Source: a bacterium
Lineage (GTDB): Bacteria > UBA8248
Length of the DNA stretch: 64,000 nucleotides
Direction of reading: 5' to 3'
Assembly: GCA_965219955.1 (NCBI GenBank)
Contig: OZ244799.1
Span: 160,001-224,000, forward strand
Position numbers and translations under genes: made by a program. Positions 19,701 through 28,301 of the stretch are shown here, one piece after another. Under the pieces are notes generated by a model that searched no databases, was not told the DNA's origin, and saw only the letters and a list, made by a program, of their open reading frames with translations. Each line of letters opens with the position of its first letter. The first letter of the stretch is position 1.

Positions 19701-21068
19701 TGGATGGAGGCGTCAGGCCCCGTAACGGCGGGTGAACTCGTCTCGCGCGTCGGCCTCGCGCGGTCGGACGTGGAGATCGCCCTGGCCGCCCTGGAGGGAG
19801 AAGGAGCGGTTCTGCGGGGCCGCTTCGTCAATCTCACGCCGGAGGCCGAAACCGAGTGGTGCGACCGCGTGCTTCTCGCCCGCATCCACCGCATGACGCT
19901 CGGCAAGCTGAGGCGCGAGATAGAGCCCGTGACGGCGGCGGAATTCGTCCGCTATCTGCTCAGGTGGCAGCACGTGCACGAGGACGCCATGCTCCACGGG
20001 CGCGACGGCGTGTTGGAGGTCATCCGCCAGCTTCAGGGGCTGGAACTGCCCGCGCCCGCCTGGGAGGAGCAGATTCTTCCCGCGCGAATCAAGAACTACG
20101 ACCCTGATGACCTGGAGGCGCTTTGCCTCTCGGGCCTGGTCGCCTGGGGACGCCTGCGCCCCGGCGCTCCGCCCGAGCCGTTTGATATTTCGGAGAATGG
20201 TAGCCGATCCAGAGGAACCCAGAAGGCGCAGCCCACGCGGCGGGCGCTCCTGGCCTTTTTGATGAGGGAAGACCTGGGGCTGTTCCTGAAACCACGCGAA
20301 GCCGAAGATGCCTGGCGGGGGAATCTCTCCCGCGCGGCGTGCGAGATACTCGACTTTTTGAAGGAGAGGGGCGCGTCTTTCCTCGCGGACATCACGGCGG
20401 CGACGGGCAGGCTGCGCACCGAGGCCGAGGAGGCGCTCTGGGAACTCGTCGCGCGCGGTCTGGTGACGGGCGACGGCGTGGCGGGACTCCGGGCCTTGAT
20501 AGCGGGTGCGAACGAGAAGAAAAAGGGCGAGCGCAGGCTGCGCGCCCTGCCGGGCGGACGGGCCATATCGCGCGAGGCGAAAAAGCGCTTCATGCCCGTG
20601 GGGCGCTGGTCGCTCTGGGGGAGTGCGGAAGACGCGCTCGACGCGGAAGCCGGCCGCGAGGCCCATGCGCGGCAGTTGCTGAAACGCTACGGCGTCGTGC
20701 TCCGCGAGCTGGCCGTTCGCGAGAGCGGCGCTCCGCGCTGGCGCGAACTGGTGCGGGAATTCAGGCGCCTGGAGGCCAGGGGCGAGATTCGCGGCGGGCG
20801 CTTCGTATCCGGCTTCATGGGCGAGCAGTTCGCCCTGCCCGAAGCGGTGGAGGCGCTGCGCGCCGTGCGGCGGATTCCGGCGCGGGGCAAGCCCACCATC
20901 GTCCATGCGAGCGACCCGATGAATCTGATGGGTATCGTCGTCCCGGGAGCAAAAATTTCGACAAGGTCCCGCGAGGTCATCCTCTACCGCGACGGACTCG
21001 CGGTCGACAGCGGCCCCCTCGGCGAGGTGCGAAGCCGGATGCGGAACGAATCGCTTGGTGGAGGGTAG
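16746..21068 (+). CDS. lhr: Lhr-family DEAD/H helicase with C-terminal winged-helix (glycosylase-associated) region
   Basis: APTGTGKT, TTPESL, DEIH, GLSAT, HHGSL, ATASLELGID, QRVGRSGH; C-terminal RGGRFVSGFMGEQFA. Confidence 0.9.
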   Translation: MDRHSFHPLIARWFGEKFGEPSAPQDAGWPEIATGRDTLIAAPTGTGKTLAAFLWSLDGLIRDALAGELDDECRLVYISPLKALGNDIQKNLQEPLSEMRALAKKEGVELPEIRVAVRSGDTPARERRLMLKKRPHILITTPESLYILLTAERSRKVLETARAVIVDEIHAVAGDKRGAHLAISLERLDALCDRRLQRIGLSATQKPIGEIARLLIGAERRGEDGAPDCAVVDVGHKREMSLTVEVADQDIGPIASHEYWAEVFDRIAAHIEAHRTTIVFVHTRRLAERVSHRLTERLGEGRVAAHHGSLSRKIRLDAEERLKSGALSAIVATASLELGIDIGHVDLVCHLGAPRTLASLLQRVGRSGHWKGAIPKGIVFPMTRDELLQSAAAIRSVRGGALDRVIFPEAPLDILAQQMVAEAAAQEEIGEEALWSLIRRAQPYGALERDVFEDVLEMLSEGISTSRGRRTAYLHRDRVNALLRPRRGARLCAITSGGAIPDTADYDVVEGAAETFVGKVNEDFAIESNAGDIFLLGNHSWRVKRVERDKVRVEDAEGLPPNIPFWLGEAPSRTAELSEAVSALRTELAGRLDAPAEAMRWMRAECGLCAQGASQILDYVRETVRVLGRVPTQEEVIAERFFDEAGGMQLVIHSPFGGRINRAWGHTLRKRFCLTFDFELQAAATDDGIVLSLSSQHSFPLESIFGFARLASLKKDMLQSALQSPMFTNRWRWNATRALALPRHSGGKKVPVAIQRMRAEDLLAAVFPAQLACQDNHHGPIEPPDHPLVNETVENCLTEAMDIESLRSLIADVESGKIKTYGVETPAPSPMSHEILNANPYAFIDDAPLEERRSRAVPLRRALPDDAEGARLDPDVIEEVCEQARPAPRDADELHDALLSLCILPVEEAGEWSAWVDELLDQNRVAKAVWKAGGVEREGWVPAERMALMRAAIPGIRLHPETIPFQGDEAELPAQDEAALAVVRGWMEASGPVTAGELVSRVGLARSDVEIALAALEGEGAVLRGRFVNLTPEAETEWCDRVLLARIHRMTLGKLRREIEPVTAAEFVRYLLRWQHVHEDAMLHGRDGVLEVIRQLQGLELPAPAWEEQILPARIKNYDPDDLEALCLSGLVAWGRLRPGAPPEPFDISENGSRSRGTQKAQPTRRALLAFLMREDLGLFLKPREAEDAWRGNLSRAACEILDFLKERGASFLADITAATGRLRTEAEEALWELVARGLVTGDGVAGLRALIAGANEKKKGERRLRALPGGRAISREAKKRFMPVGRWSLWGSAEDALDAEAGREAHARQLLKRYGVVLRELAVRESGAPRWRELVREFRRLEARGEIRGGRFVSGFMGEQFALPEAVEALRAVRRIPARGKPTIVHASDPMNLMGIVVPGAKISTRSREVILYRDGLAVDSGPLGEVRSRMRNESLGGG

Positions 21069-21143
21069 GTAGGGGAACTGTGGTTTGCACCTGCGGTTTG
21101 GACTCCTTTCGAAATTACCTGCTTTCTTTTGTTTCCCGGTTTT

Positions 21144-21298
21144 AATTCACTCCCCCCTTGAGGGGGAGTCGAAGAGGCCGAGCCCTTGGGCGAAGGCCGA
21201 TTCGGTGGGGGGAGTTTTTCTGTGGCATGTCCCCCCACCGACTCGCTTGCGGGCTTCGCCCTTACCTCGTCGACTCCCCCTCAAGGGGGGAGTGAATT
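21144..21298. repeat. Palindromic repeat family C copy 1
   Basis: ACTCCCCCCTTGAGGGGGAGT...ACTCCCCCTCAAGGGGGGAGT; related to 46425-46602 and 54871-55052. Confidence 0.75.
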
Positions 21299-21333
21299 CT
21301 CCTCTCTTCTCGCTCGGGTTTGTCTCACAAAAG

Positions 21334-21370
21334 AAAACCCCGGCGATTCCGCCGGGGCTTCTCTTTTTCT
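21334..21370. terminator. Bidirectional intrinsic terminator
   Basis: CCCCGGCG-attc-CGCCGGGG with A-run before and T-rich run after, between convergent lhr and cytochrome genes. Confidence 0.7.
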
Positions 21371-21381
21371 CTTGAGCGCCG

Positions 21382-21918
21382 CTATCTTTTCTTCTTCTTC
21401 CGGAACGACTTGTGGCATGCGCCGCATTGCCTGCCGATGAGGCCCACCGCTTTCTTGATGGCCGCAGGCCCCCGCTTGTAGTGGATCTGCGCCAGGGCGG
21501 CGGCGTTCGCGGCCAGACCGTCCGCGATGATATCGAACTTCCCCTTCTCCTTCCAGATGGCGGCGACCGAGGTCGTCTTGCCCGCCAGGGTGTTCTTCTT
21601 GAACGCGCCCTTGATCTTGCTCGCCTTCTTGTACATGTCGCCCGCGGCCTGGCGCACCTGCTCCTCGACCACCCAGCCGCTGCCTTGTTTTATCGCGGTT
21701 CGAAGCCGCTTCATATCGGCGCCGATGCCGCGCATGAGCTTCCTGCGCGCCTTCACCGCCGCCTCATCGCCCTTCATCATCTTTTTCTCGCCCGTCATCT
21801 TCTTGTCCTTCATGGCCATCTTTTTCTTGTCCATCATCCCCTCGCCCGCGCAGCCCGCGGCGAGCGCGCCGGCCATCATCAGGACAGCCAGGCTAATGAA
21901 TACGTCTCGTTTTTTCAT
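21382..21918 (-). CDS. Class II cytochrome c (c'-like), probable lipoprotein
   Basis: Signal peptide ending LAAGC, C-terminal CGACH heme motif, AIWKEKGKF helix. Confidence 0.85.
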   Translation of the reverse strand: MKKRDVFISLAVLMMAGALAAGCAGEGMMDKKKMAMKDKKMTGEKKMMKGDEAAVKARRKLMRGIGADMKRLRTAIKQGSGWVVEEQVRQAAGDMYKKASKIKGAFKKNTLAGKTTSVAAIWKEKGKFDIIADGLAANAAALAQIHYKRGPAAIKKAVGLIGRQCGACHKSFRKKKKR

Positions 21919-22047
21919 GACCGGATTTCCCCCACGATATCAGAAACGAAAAAGACAAACAGGCGGACCTGTATGAAACCCTCTTGCGCGTAATAACCAA
22001 CCATGGGCGGTGGTCTGCTCGACTCATTGTGTATGGCTTCATACTAG

Positions 22048-23662
22048 CAGCCTGTCGGGCTTTGGCCTGCCAAGGAGTTCGAAGCACCAATCGTGGGAGT
22101 GATTTTCGGGGTTCTTCTCGGTAATCGATTCTTGTTGGCCGGCGATTCGGTGTCAGGAGCCATGATCGGCCCTCACAGGCCCGGTGGGAGTCATAGCGGC
22201 CGGCAACAGGCCACGGGACGAGGGCGTTTATCCTCCGATCACGCCGACTTCAGGTTGTGCAGACGCTTGCAGTTATAAGCCAGCATCACCAGGACCCACT
22301 CGCCCTGCACCTTCTCGAGACCGCGCAAGAGGAACTGCCGGAAGCCCATCGCCTGCTTGACGATGCCGAACACCGGCTCCACCGTCTGCCGCCGCAGGCG
22401 ATAACGGGCGCGCTCTTCCGGCTTCGCCATCTTCGCGCGCATCGCCGCAATCCACTCCGCTCGAACTTCCGGACCTGGCCGGGAAGCCACCGGTGGCCGG
22501 AAGTCGTGCCGACGGCGCCCCCCTTCGGCTTGCGTGGCCACCAGAACCTCGACGCCCCGTCTCTCGAGTTCTTCCACTTCGCTGCCCGTCGCGTAGCCGC
22601 TGTCCGCCAACACACGCGCCGGCGCGGCAACCGAAGGCGGAATCGCCTCCACGTCCGCCACCAGTTCCCCGCGGTCGCTCGCGTTGTTGCTCACACGCGC
22701 TCCCAGCACCAACTGGCTGCCTTCGGCATCCACCACCGCCTGCGCGTTGTACGCCTGGCGATACTCGTGACGCTTGCTCTTGCGCATCAAGGCGCTGTCC
22801 CCATCCGTCAGGTTGATCTGCCGCCCCTCTTCGGGCTTCTCCCGAGGGGGCTTGATGCGCGGACCCTTCCTCCGACCTGAACGGCGCTCCCGAGACGCCG
22901 CCTTGCGTTCATATTCCGCCCGACCCGCCTCGGCCGACCTCTTCGCGCGGCGCTCCAGTTCCGCGCACGCCGCATCCAGCTTCGACTTCAACTCCTCGCG
23001 ACGCGCCAACTCCTCCGGCAGCGCCTGCGGATCCCCTACCTCCTGCGCATCTTCGCTCTCCGCACGCTCCAGCAACTCCTCGACCTCTCCGCGCAATTGA
23101 GAGCCCAACGCCTGCGCACGGTCATACCGGACGTTGTTGTGCTTGCTCGCGTTCGCGTCCACCTTCGTCCCGTCCACGCTCACCGTCCCGACCCGCAACA
23201 ACTTCAACTCCTTCGCCAGCAGCAAAACCTGCTCGAACGTCTCCGCTATCGCCTCGAAGTTATCGCGACGGAACGCGCAGATCGTGTCGTGGTCCGGGTG
23301 TGTGTTCGACGCCACGTATCGAACCCCGATATCCCGGTACGTCGCGCGCTCGATCCGGCGCGAACCGAATATCCCGTTCGCGTAGCAGTAAATCAGCAGC
23401 GCCAGCATCATCCGGGGATGGTACTGCGCTGAACCCGTGCCGCGCTCGTTCACGCGGAATGACCCCAGAGGCACCCGTTCCACCGCCTCCACTACGAAGT
23501 GCGCCAGATCGTCCTCCGGCAACCACTCCCGCATGTCCACAGGAAGAAGATACAACTGCGACTGATTACAATCTACAAACTTCGCCACCCCAATCCCCTC
23601 CCTTAAAAATACCTCGCGAGAACGACATATTATAAAAGGTAGGGCCTAAGTCCGACAGGCTG
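22048..23662 (-). mobile_element. Complete IS1182-family insertion sequence with CTAG target duplication
   Basis: Ends CAGCCTGTCGGGCTTTGGCC and GGCCTAAGTCCGACAGGCTG (18/20 inverted match), flanked by CTAG at 22044-22047 and 23663-23666. Confidence 0.9.
22239..23588 (-). CDS. IS1182-family transposase
   Basis: YHPRMMLALLIYCY..SRRIE..PDHDTI..DGTKV..AYNAQ..ADSGY..RRQTVEPVFG. Confidence 0.93.
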   Translation of the reverse strand: MAKFVDCNQSQLYLLPVDMREWLPEDDLAHFVVEAVERVPLGSFRVNERGTGSAQYHPRMMLALLIYCYANGIFGSRRIERATYRDIGVRYVASNTHPDHDTICAFRRDNFEAIAETFEQVLLLAKELKLLRVGTVSVDGTKVDANASKHNNVRYDRAQALGSQLRGEVEELLERAESEDAQEVGDPQALPEELARREELKSKLDAACAELERRAKRSAEAGRAEYERKAASRERRSGRRKGPRIKPPREKPEEGRQINLTDGDSALMRKSKRHEYRQAYNAQAVVDAEGSQLVLGARVSNNASDRGELVADVEAIPPSVAAPARVLADSGYATGSEVEELERRGVEVLVATQAEGGRRRHDFRPPVASRPGPEVRAEWIAAMRAKMAKPEERARYRLRRQTVEPVFGIVKQAMGFRQFLLRGLEKVQGEWVLVMLAYNCKRLHNLKSA

Positions 23663-23729
23663 CTAGCCCAAAAGAGACCCGGCGGCCAGTACCGGAAGAA
23701 GGGGAGGCCGACCGAGAATAAAGGGGTTT

Positions 23730-24110
23730 GTAGTAAGGACAACTCTTTTGGGTTGTCCTGCCCCGGTCCCCCGCGGTTGTTCCTTGCCAGGACAGGCACG
23801 GAGGCCTGTCCCTACGAAAACCCTGCGAACCGAACGAATGCGTAGGGACAACCCTCCGTGGTTGTCCTGGTTCAAGGCGGATCCGATCGGGACAGGTCGC
23901 GACCTGTCCCTACAAAACCGCTTAGGCGCGTTTAGTCTTTGCTCGTCATTCCGGCGAATGCCGGAATCCAGGCGGACGGAAATGGGAGATGAGCGGGTAT
24001 GCGGCGATCCGGTCCGTAAGGGGGGCGCTCCCAGTCCCCGGTTTCTCACATCGGTTCTGGATTCCGTCGAACCCTCATTTATCAATCGGCTCCGACACCG
24101 GAATGACGGC
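23730..24110. repeat. REP-like palindrome cluster
   Basis: GTAGGGACAACCCTCCGTGGTTGTCC, GGACAGGCACGGAGGCCTGTCCCTAC and GTCATTCCGG...CCGGAATGAC units. Confidence 0.7.
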
Positions 24111-24360
24111 TATTTGCCGCAATCCCGACCAAGGCGCAGAAGCTCGCAGGCCTTCACTCCCGCAACCCTCCAGGCGGCGTTGATCCCGAAGGCCATTTGT
24201 GAAACCTTGGGATATCCTGAGGGATTCATGGATGCTTTGGTTTCAACCCCGGCGAAGGCCGGTCGGTGAGGAGACATGAGAGGCGCCGCGATGCCTGCGG
24301 CGTGAAATCCTTATTCCATTTGCCGCCGGGCAGGCGGCTCCATCTTCGAAAGGAGCGGAC

Positions 24361-24654
24361 ATGGGCGCATACGTGGTCGGACACATCACCGTCAAGGACG
24401 AAGAGGGATTCAACAGCTACGCCGAGCAGGGACTCGCGATAGTCGCCTCCGTCGGGGGCGAGGTGGCGGCGAGCGGACAACTCGTGAAAGTCCTCACCGG
24501 CGAACACGACAGGCAGATGTTCGTCCTCCTCAAGTTCCCCGACCAGGAGGCGGTGGAGAAATGGTATTACTCGGACGGCTACCAGGCCCTCATTCCCGGC
24601 CGCAACGAGGCGGTGGACATCACGTTCATCTCCTATGACGAGCCGGAGGAATAA
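24361..24654 (+). CDS. DUF1330 family protein
   Basis: AYVVGHITVKDEEGF..Y..GGE..LLKFPDQEAVEKWYYSDGYQ pattern; AGGAG RBS. Confidence 0.85.
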   Translation: MGAYVVGHITVKDEEGFNSYAEQGLAIVASVGGEVAASGQLVKVLTGEHDRQMFVLLKFPDQEAVEKWYYSDGYQALIPGRNEAVDITFISYDEPEE

Positions 24655-24732
24655 GCGTTTCCCGGGGGAGCGGGCGCGGGCGAACGCGCCCGTCTCCCCG
24701 GGTCGTTCCCTCATCAGGCATGGAGAACGGAA

Positions 24733-25200
24733 ATGGAGATTGAAAAGAGGCTGGAAGAGCTCGGGATCGAGCTTCCGGAAGTCCCGCCCGCCGTGGCGAA
24801 CTACATCCCCGGCGTGGCGGTGGGCGAGGTGCTCTTCCTCGCGGGCACCATCGGCCAGTACAACGGAGAGATCCCGGTCCGGGGCAAGCTCGGCGGCGGG
24901 GTCAGCGTCGAGGAGGGCTATCAATCCGCGCGCCTGTGCGGTCTCAACCACTTCGCCATGGCGAAAGCGTGCCTGGGGGGCGATTTGGACCGCATCGTGC
25001 GGGCCGTGCGCCTCGAAGGCTACGTGAACAGCGCGCCCGGCTTCCAGGAGGCGCCCTGGGTGGTGAACGGGGAGAGCGACCTGCTGGTCGAAGTGCTCCG
25101 CGAGGAGCGCGGAAAGCACGCGCGCGCGGCCCTGAACATCAACGAACTCACCTACGACGCGCCGGTGGAGACCATCCTCACCCTGCAGATTCGTCCCTGA
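24733..25200 (+). CDS. RidA/YjgF family protein
   Basis: IEKRLEELGIELP..VANYIP..GYVNSAPGF..VVNGESDLL..GKHARAA. Confidence 0.88.
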   Translation: MEIEKRLEELGIELPEVPPAVANYIPGVAVGEVLFLAGTIGQYNGEIPVRGKLGGGVSVEEGYQSARLCGLNHFAMAKACLGGDLDRIVRAVRLEGYVNSAPGFQEAPWVVNGESDLLVEVLREERGKHARAALNINELTYDAPVETILTLQIRP

Positions 25201-25247
25201 GCGTCCCATTGATGGAGACCGTTCATGGCCCGGCGGGGTATCCCGGC

Positions 25248-26897
25248 CTAAGCTCCCGTCTCAGGCGACCCCAGTTCCGAGAGACACGTGCTGACGATCA
25301 CGGCGCTCGTCGTGGCTTCCGCCGTGATGACCCTCGTGGCGCCGGCCGCCTTCAGTGAATCCTCGTCTATATCGTAGAGGGCGCGCGCAATGACGGGAAT
25401 GTCGGGAGCCGTCCGGCGAATTGTGCGAACCGCAAGCTCCGTGGCTCGCGTATCGTTTATCGTCACCACCACCAGGCGGGCATTTCTGCAGCCAAGCTCC
25501 TCCAGCACTTCCCTCTGCGTGATGTCTCCATAGACGGCCGGGTCTCCGGCCGCTTTTGCGACGCGGACGTTGTCGACGTTCACGTCGACCGCGATACAAG
25601 AGAACCCCGCAGCGCGAGCGGCCCGGCATACTTCCCGGCCTGCCCGGCCGTATCCGGCGACGATGACGTGGTCGCTGTGCGGTTCATGAGCATCGAACCC
25701 GGGTGGCTCGGCGCCCAGGATCCGGTTCAGCCAGGGGACGCGGTCCGCGCCGAGAGCCAGGTGAGGGCCGAATGCGATTACCATCGGCGTGAACAGCATG
25801 GACAGGATGATCGCGACCAGGAGATTGTGGGACAGCTCGTCACCGAGAAGACCGGTTCCCGAAGCCGCATTCAGGAGTACGAAGGAGAACTCGCCGATCT
25901 GGCACAATGTGGCCGCCGACAGGATAGCCACGCGAAGCGGCAATCGCAGAACCAGTCCCATGACGAGCATGATCGCGAATTTTCCGACGAGGATGAGGCC
26001 GAGAAGCCCGAGAATCGGCGCAAAATGATCGATTACGTCCGAAGCGTCCAGCAGCATGCCCACGGAAACGAAAAACACGCTGGCGAATACCTCTCGCACG
26101 GGAATCAGGTCCGACATCGCCTGGTGACGAAACTCGCTTCCGGCGACGATCAGGCCGGCAAGGAATGCCCCGAGCGCAAGCGAGATTCCCGCCAGCGACA
26201 GGCTCCAGGCGATCCCGAAGCATCCGAGAAAGACGGTCAGGACGAAGAGTTCCCTCTCCCTCGTCTTGGCCACGAACTCGAGCAGATACGGGACGACGCG
26301 GCTGGCTGCAACCAGCACGCCCGTGAGGATAAGAATACCGATGATGGCCGCGACAGCGATTTCCCGTGTGGAACTCTGTTGTCCCGCCAGAATGGGCACC
26401 GCCAGGAGCATGGGAACCACGCACAGGTCCTGGAAGACGAGGATGCCGACCGCCAGACGTCCGTGCGGCGAATCCACTTCCCCCCGCGTAGACAGGCCCC
26501 GCAGAACGACGGCGGTGCTGGAAACGGCGACGACGCAACCCAGGAATACCGCAGGCCCCGTTTCGAGTCCGTACCAGACGGCCAGGGCCGCGGTGCATGC
26601 GACCGTAGCCGCCACCTGAATGCTCCCGCCCAAGAGGATGGCTTTCCAGAGGCGCCGCAGGTGGCCGAGCGAGAGTTCGAGACCGATCCCGAACAGAAGG
26701 AGGACGATGCCAATCTCGGCCAGCACCTCGACCTGGTGGGTGTCTTCCACGAGGCTCAACGCCGTGGGCCCGGTAAGGACGCCCGCGAGGATGAACCCGG
26801 CGATCGACGGAACGCCCACGCGGCGCAGCACCGTAGCGACCACGACCGCCGCCCCGAGTACGATTACAAGGTCCCAGAGATACTCGATTTCAGGCAA
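25248..26897 (-). CDS. CPA2 cation:proton antiporter with TrkA-N domain (KefC-like)
   Basis: EIGIVLLLFGIGLE, SSTAVV, LVFQD, QIGEFSF, C-terminal GYGRAG and YGD. Confidence 0.9.
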   Translation of the reverse strand: MPEIEYLWDLVIVLGAAVVVATVLRRVGVPSIAGFILAGVLTGPTALSLVEDTHQVEVLAEIGIVLLLFGIGLELSLGHLRRLWKAILLGGSIQVAATVACTAALAVWYGLETGPAVFLGCVVAVSSTAVVLRGLSTRGEVDSPHGRLAVGILVFQDLCVVPMLLAVPILAGQQSSTREIAVAAIIGILILTGVLVAASRVVPYLLEFVAKTRERELFVLTVFLGCFGIAWSLSLAGISLALGAFLAGLIVAGSEFRHQAMSDLIPVREVFASVFFVSVGMLLDASDVIDHFAPILGLLGLILVGKFAIMLVMGLVLRLPLRVAILSAATLCQIGEFSFVLLNAASGTGLLGDELSHNLLVAIILSMLFTPMVIAFGPHLALGADRVPWLNRILGAEPPGFDAHEPHSDHVIVAGYGRAGREVCRAARAAGFSCIAVDVNVDNVRVAKAAGDPAVYGDITQREVLEELGCRNARLVVVTINDTRATELAVRTIRRTAPDIPVIARALYDIDEDSLKAAGATRVITAEATTSAVIVSTCLSELGSPETGA

Positions 26898-27028
26898 GCG
26901 CTTTTGCCTCCACAGCGCGGGGGCGTGGGCCGAATGTTGAGGCCCAGCTTATCACATCCGCATAGGGCCCGTTCCGCAAGACCGTGAGCGGGTGCGCAAG
27001 GCGGCTCGGGGTCGCGCTGGTGCGCCGC

Positions 27029-27496
27029 TCATTCGCGCAGGAGCGACATGATCTCGGCGCCGAGGGGGAGGTCTTCCACTCCGCCGAACTTCTGCTTCCG
27101 CAAGCGTCCCTCCCGATCGATCAGGATCATGGTCGGGGTGCCTTGCATGGCATAGCGGGTCATCGTCTTCGGTGTACCCGCGCCGTCCGATGGCGCATCG
27201 ATGCCCACCGGGAACGCGATCCTGTATTCATGGAGGAATGCGGCCAGCGCCTCTCGGGTACCCTGCGCGGCATGGTGCTCGAACACCGTATGCAAACCGA
27301 TTACGGCGACTTCGCCGGGGCTGAATGTCTGCCGCACGCGCATCGCTTGCGGCAAGGCGTGGGAGACGCATCCCGGGCAAAGCATCTGGAAGGCTTCAAT
27401 CAGCACGACCTGGCCGCGCAACGCTTCAAGCGTGACGGGGTTGTCGGTGTTGAGCCAGTCGGTGGTTTGCAATTCGGGCGCGATTTCGGGATTCAT
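27029..27496 (-). CDS. Redoxin / thioredoxin-fold protein
   Basis: FQMLCPGC, GLHTVFEHH, GTPT..LID. Confidence 0.85.
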   Translation of the reverse strand: MNPEIAPELQTTDWLNTDNPVTLEALRGQVVLIEAFQMLCPGCVSHALPQAMRVRQTFSPGEVAVIGLHTVFEHHAAQGTREALAAFLHEYRIAFPVGIDAPSDGAGTPKTMTRYAMQGTPTMILIDREGRLRKQKFGGVEDLPLGAEIMSLLRE

Positions 27497-27549
27497 CCGC
27501 TCTCTCCTCCTGCTTTTGCGGTGGCCCGCCTGTCCCGGCTATCTCCCTG

Positions 27550-27837
27550 TCACGCCGCCCCGAGCTTCTCGACCTTGATTTCGTCGACCCGGGCGCGCGC
27601 CCGCCAGAGATCGTAAGCCATCTGCAGGCCGAGCCAGGTCTCCGGCGTCGAGCCGAACGCCCTGGAAAGCCGGATCGCCATCTCGACGGAGACCCCGGTG
27701 CGCTCGTTGAGCAGTTCCGACAAGGTCTGGCGCGCGACACCGAGGCCCGCAGCGGCCTTCGTTACGGACAACCCGAGCGGTTCGAGACATTGCCGTCTCA
27801 CGATCCCGCCCGGATGCGGAGGATTTTTCATTGTCAT
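27550..27837 (-). CDS. higA: HigA family antitoxin
   Basis: PPHPGGIV..HTH..MAIRLSRAFGSTPETWLGLQ. Confidence 0.9.
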   Translation of the reverse strand: MTMKNPPHPGGIVRRQCLEPLGLSVTKAAAGLGVARQTLSELLNERTGVSVEMAIRLSRAFGSTPETWLGLQMAYDLWRARARVDEIKVEKLGAA

Positions 27838-27849
27838 CGTTTATCCTCA

Positions 27850-28128
27850 TCAATGGTAGTCGAGGTAATCCACGTCGACTACGTCCCCTTCTTCGAACCG
27901 AAAGGTCACCCGCCAGTTCCCCGAAACCGTCACGGCGTAATGGCCCCTCAGTTCACCCTTTAGTGGATGGAGCCGGAAACCGGGAATATTGACGTCCTTC
28001 GGTCGCCGACTCCTGTCGAGAACGGCTAGGATATCTCTCAGTTTCTCAACATGCCCCGGCGCCACCCGCCGCGCCGTTCGGCCATCGTAGAGTGCTTTCA
28101 GGCCCCGATGTTTGAAAGACGCGATCAT
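27850..28128 (-). CDS. higB: HigB (RelE-like) toxin
   Basis: MIASFKHRGLK..GFRLHPLKG..VSGNWRVTFRF..DYLDYH. Confidence 0.92.
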   Translation of the reverse strand: MIASFKHRGLKALYDGRTARRVAPGHVEKLRDILAVLDRSRRPKDVNIPGFRLHPLKGELRGHYAVTVSGNWRVTFRFEEGDVVDVDYLDYH

Positions 28129-28134
28129 TCTCGA

Positions 28135-28170
28135 ATGCTAGTATGTCAGGTGTCATCTGTCAACTGACAG
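28135..28170 (-). promoter_or_regulatory. higBA promoter with overlapping palindromic operator
   Basis: Minus strand TTGACA-17-TAGCAT; CTGTCA-N2-TGACAG overlaps the -35; the start codon lies 7 nt beyond the -10. Confidence 0.7.
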
Positions 28171-28301
28171 GCTGGTAACGATAACGCCGCAAGACGGCTC
28201 AGGGACTCCTGATAGAGATCACCTCGCGCGCGCCGTCGATTTTCGTCTTGCATGGGCCGCTCATCGTGTGGTATTTTCGTGTTTTATTCGTCAGGTGACC
28301 C

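Noticed and set aside
23730-24110. Possible CRISPR array in the repeated GTAGGGACA units
   Set aside because: Units are inverted pairs with irregular spacing and no unique spacers of constant length; no cas genes.
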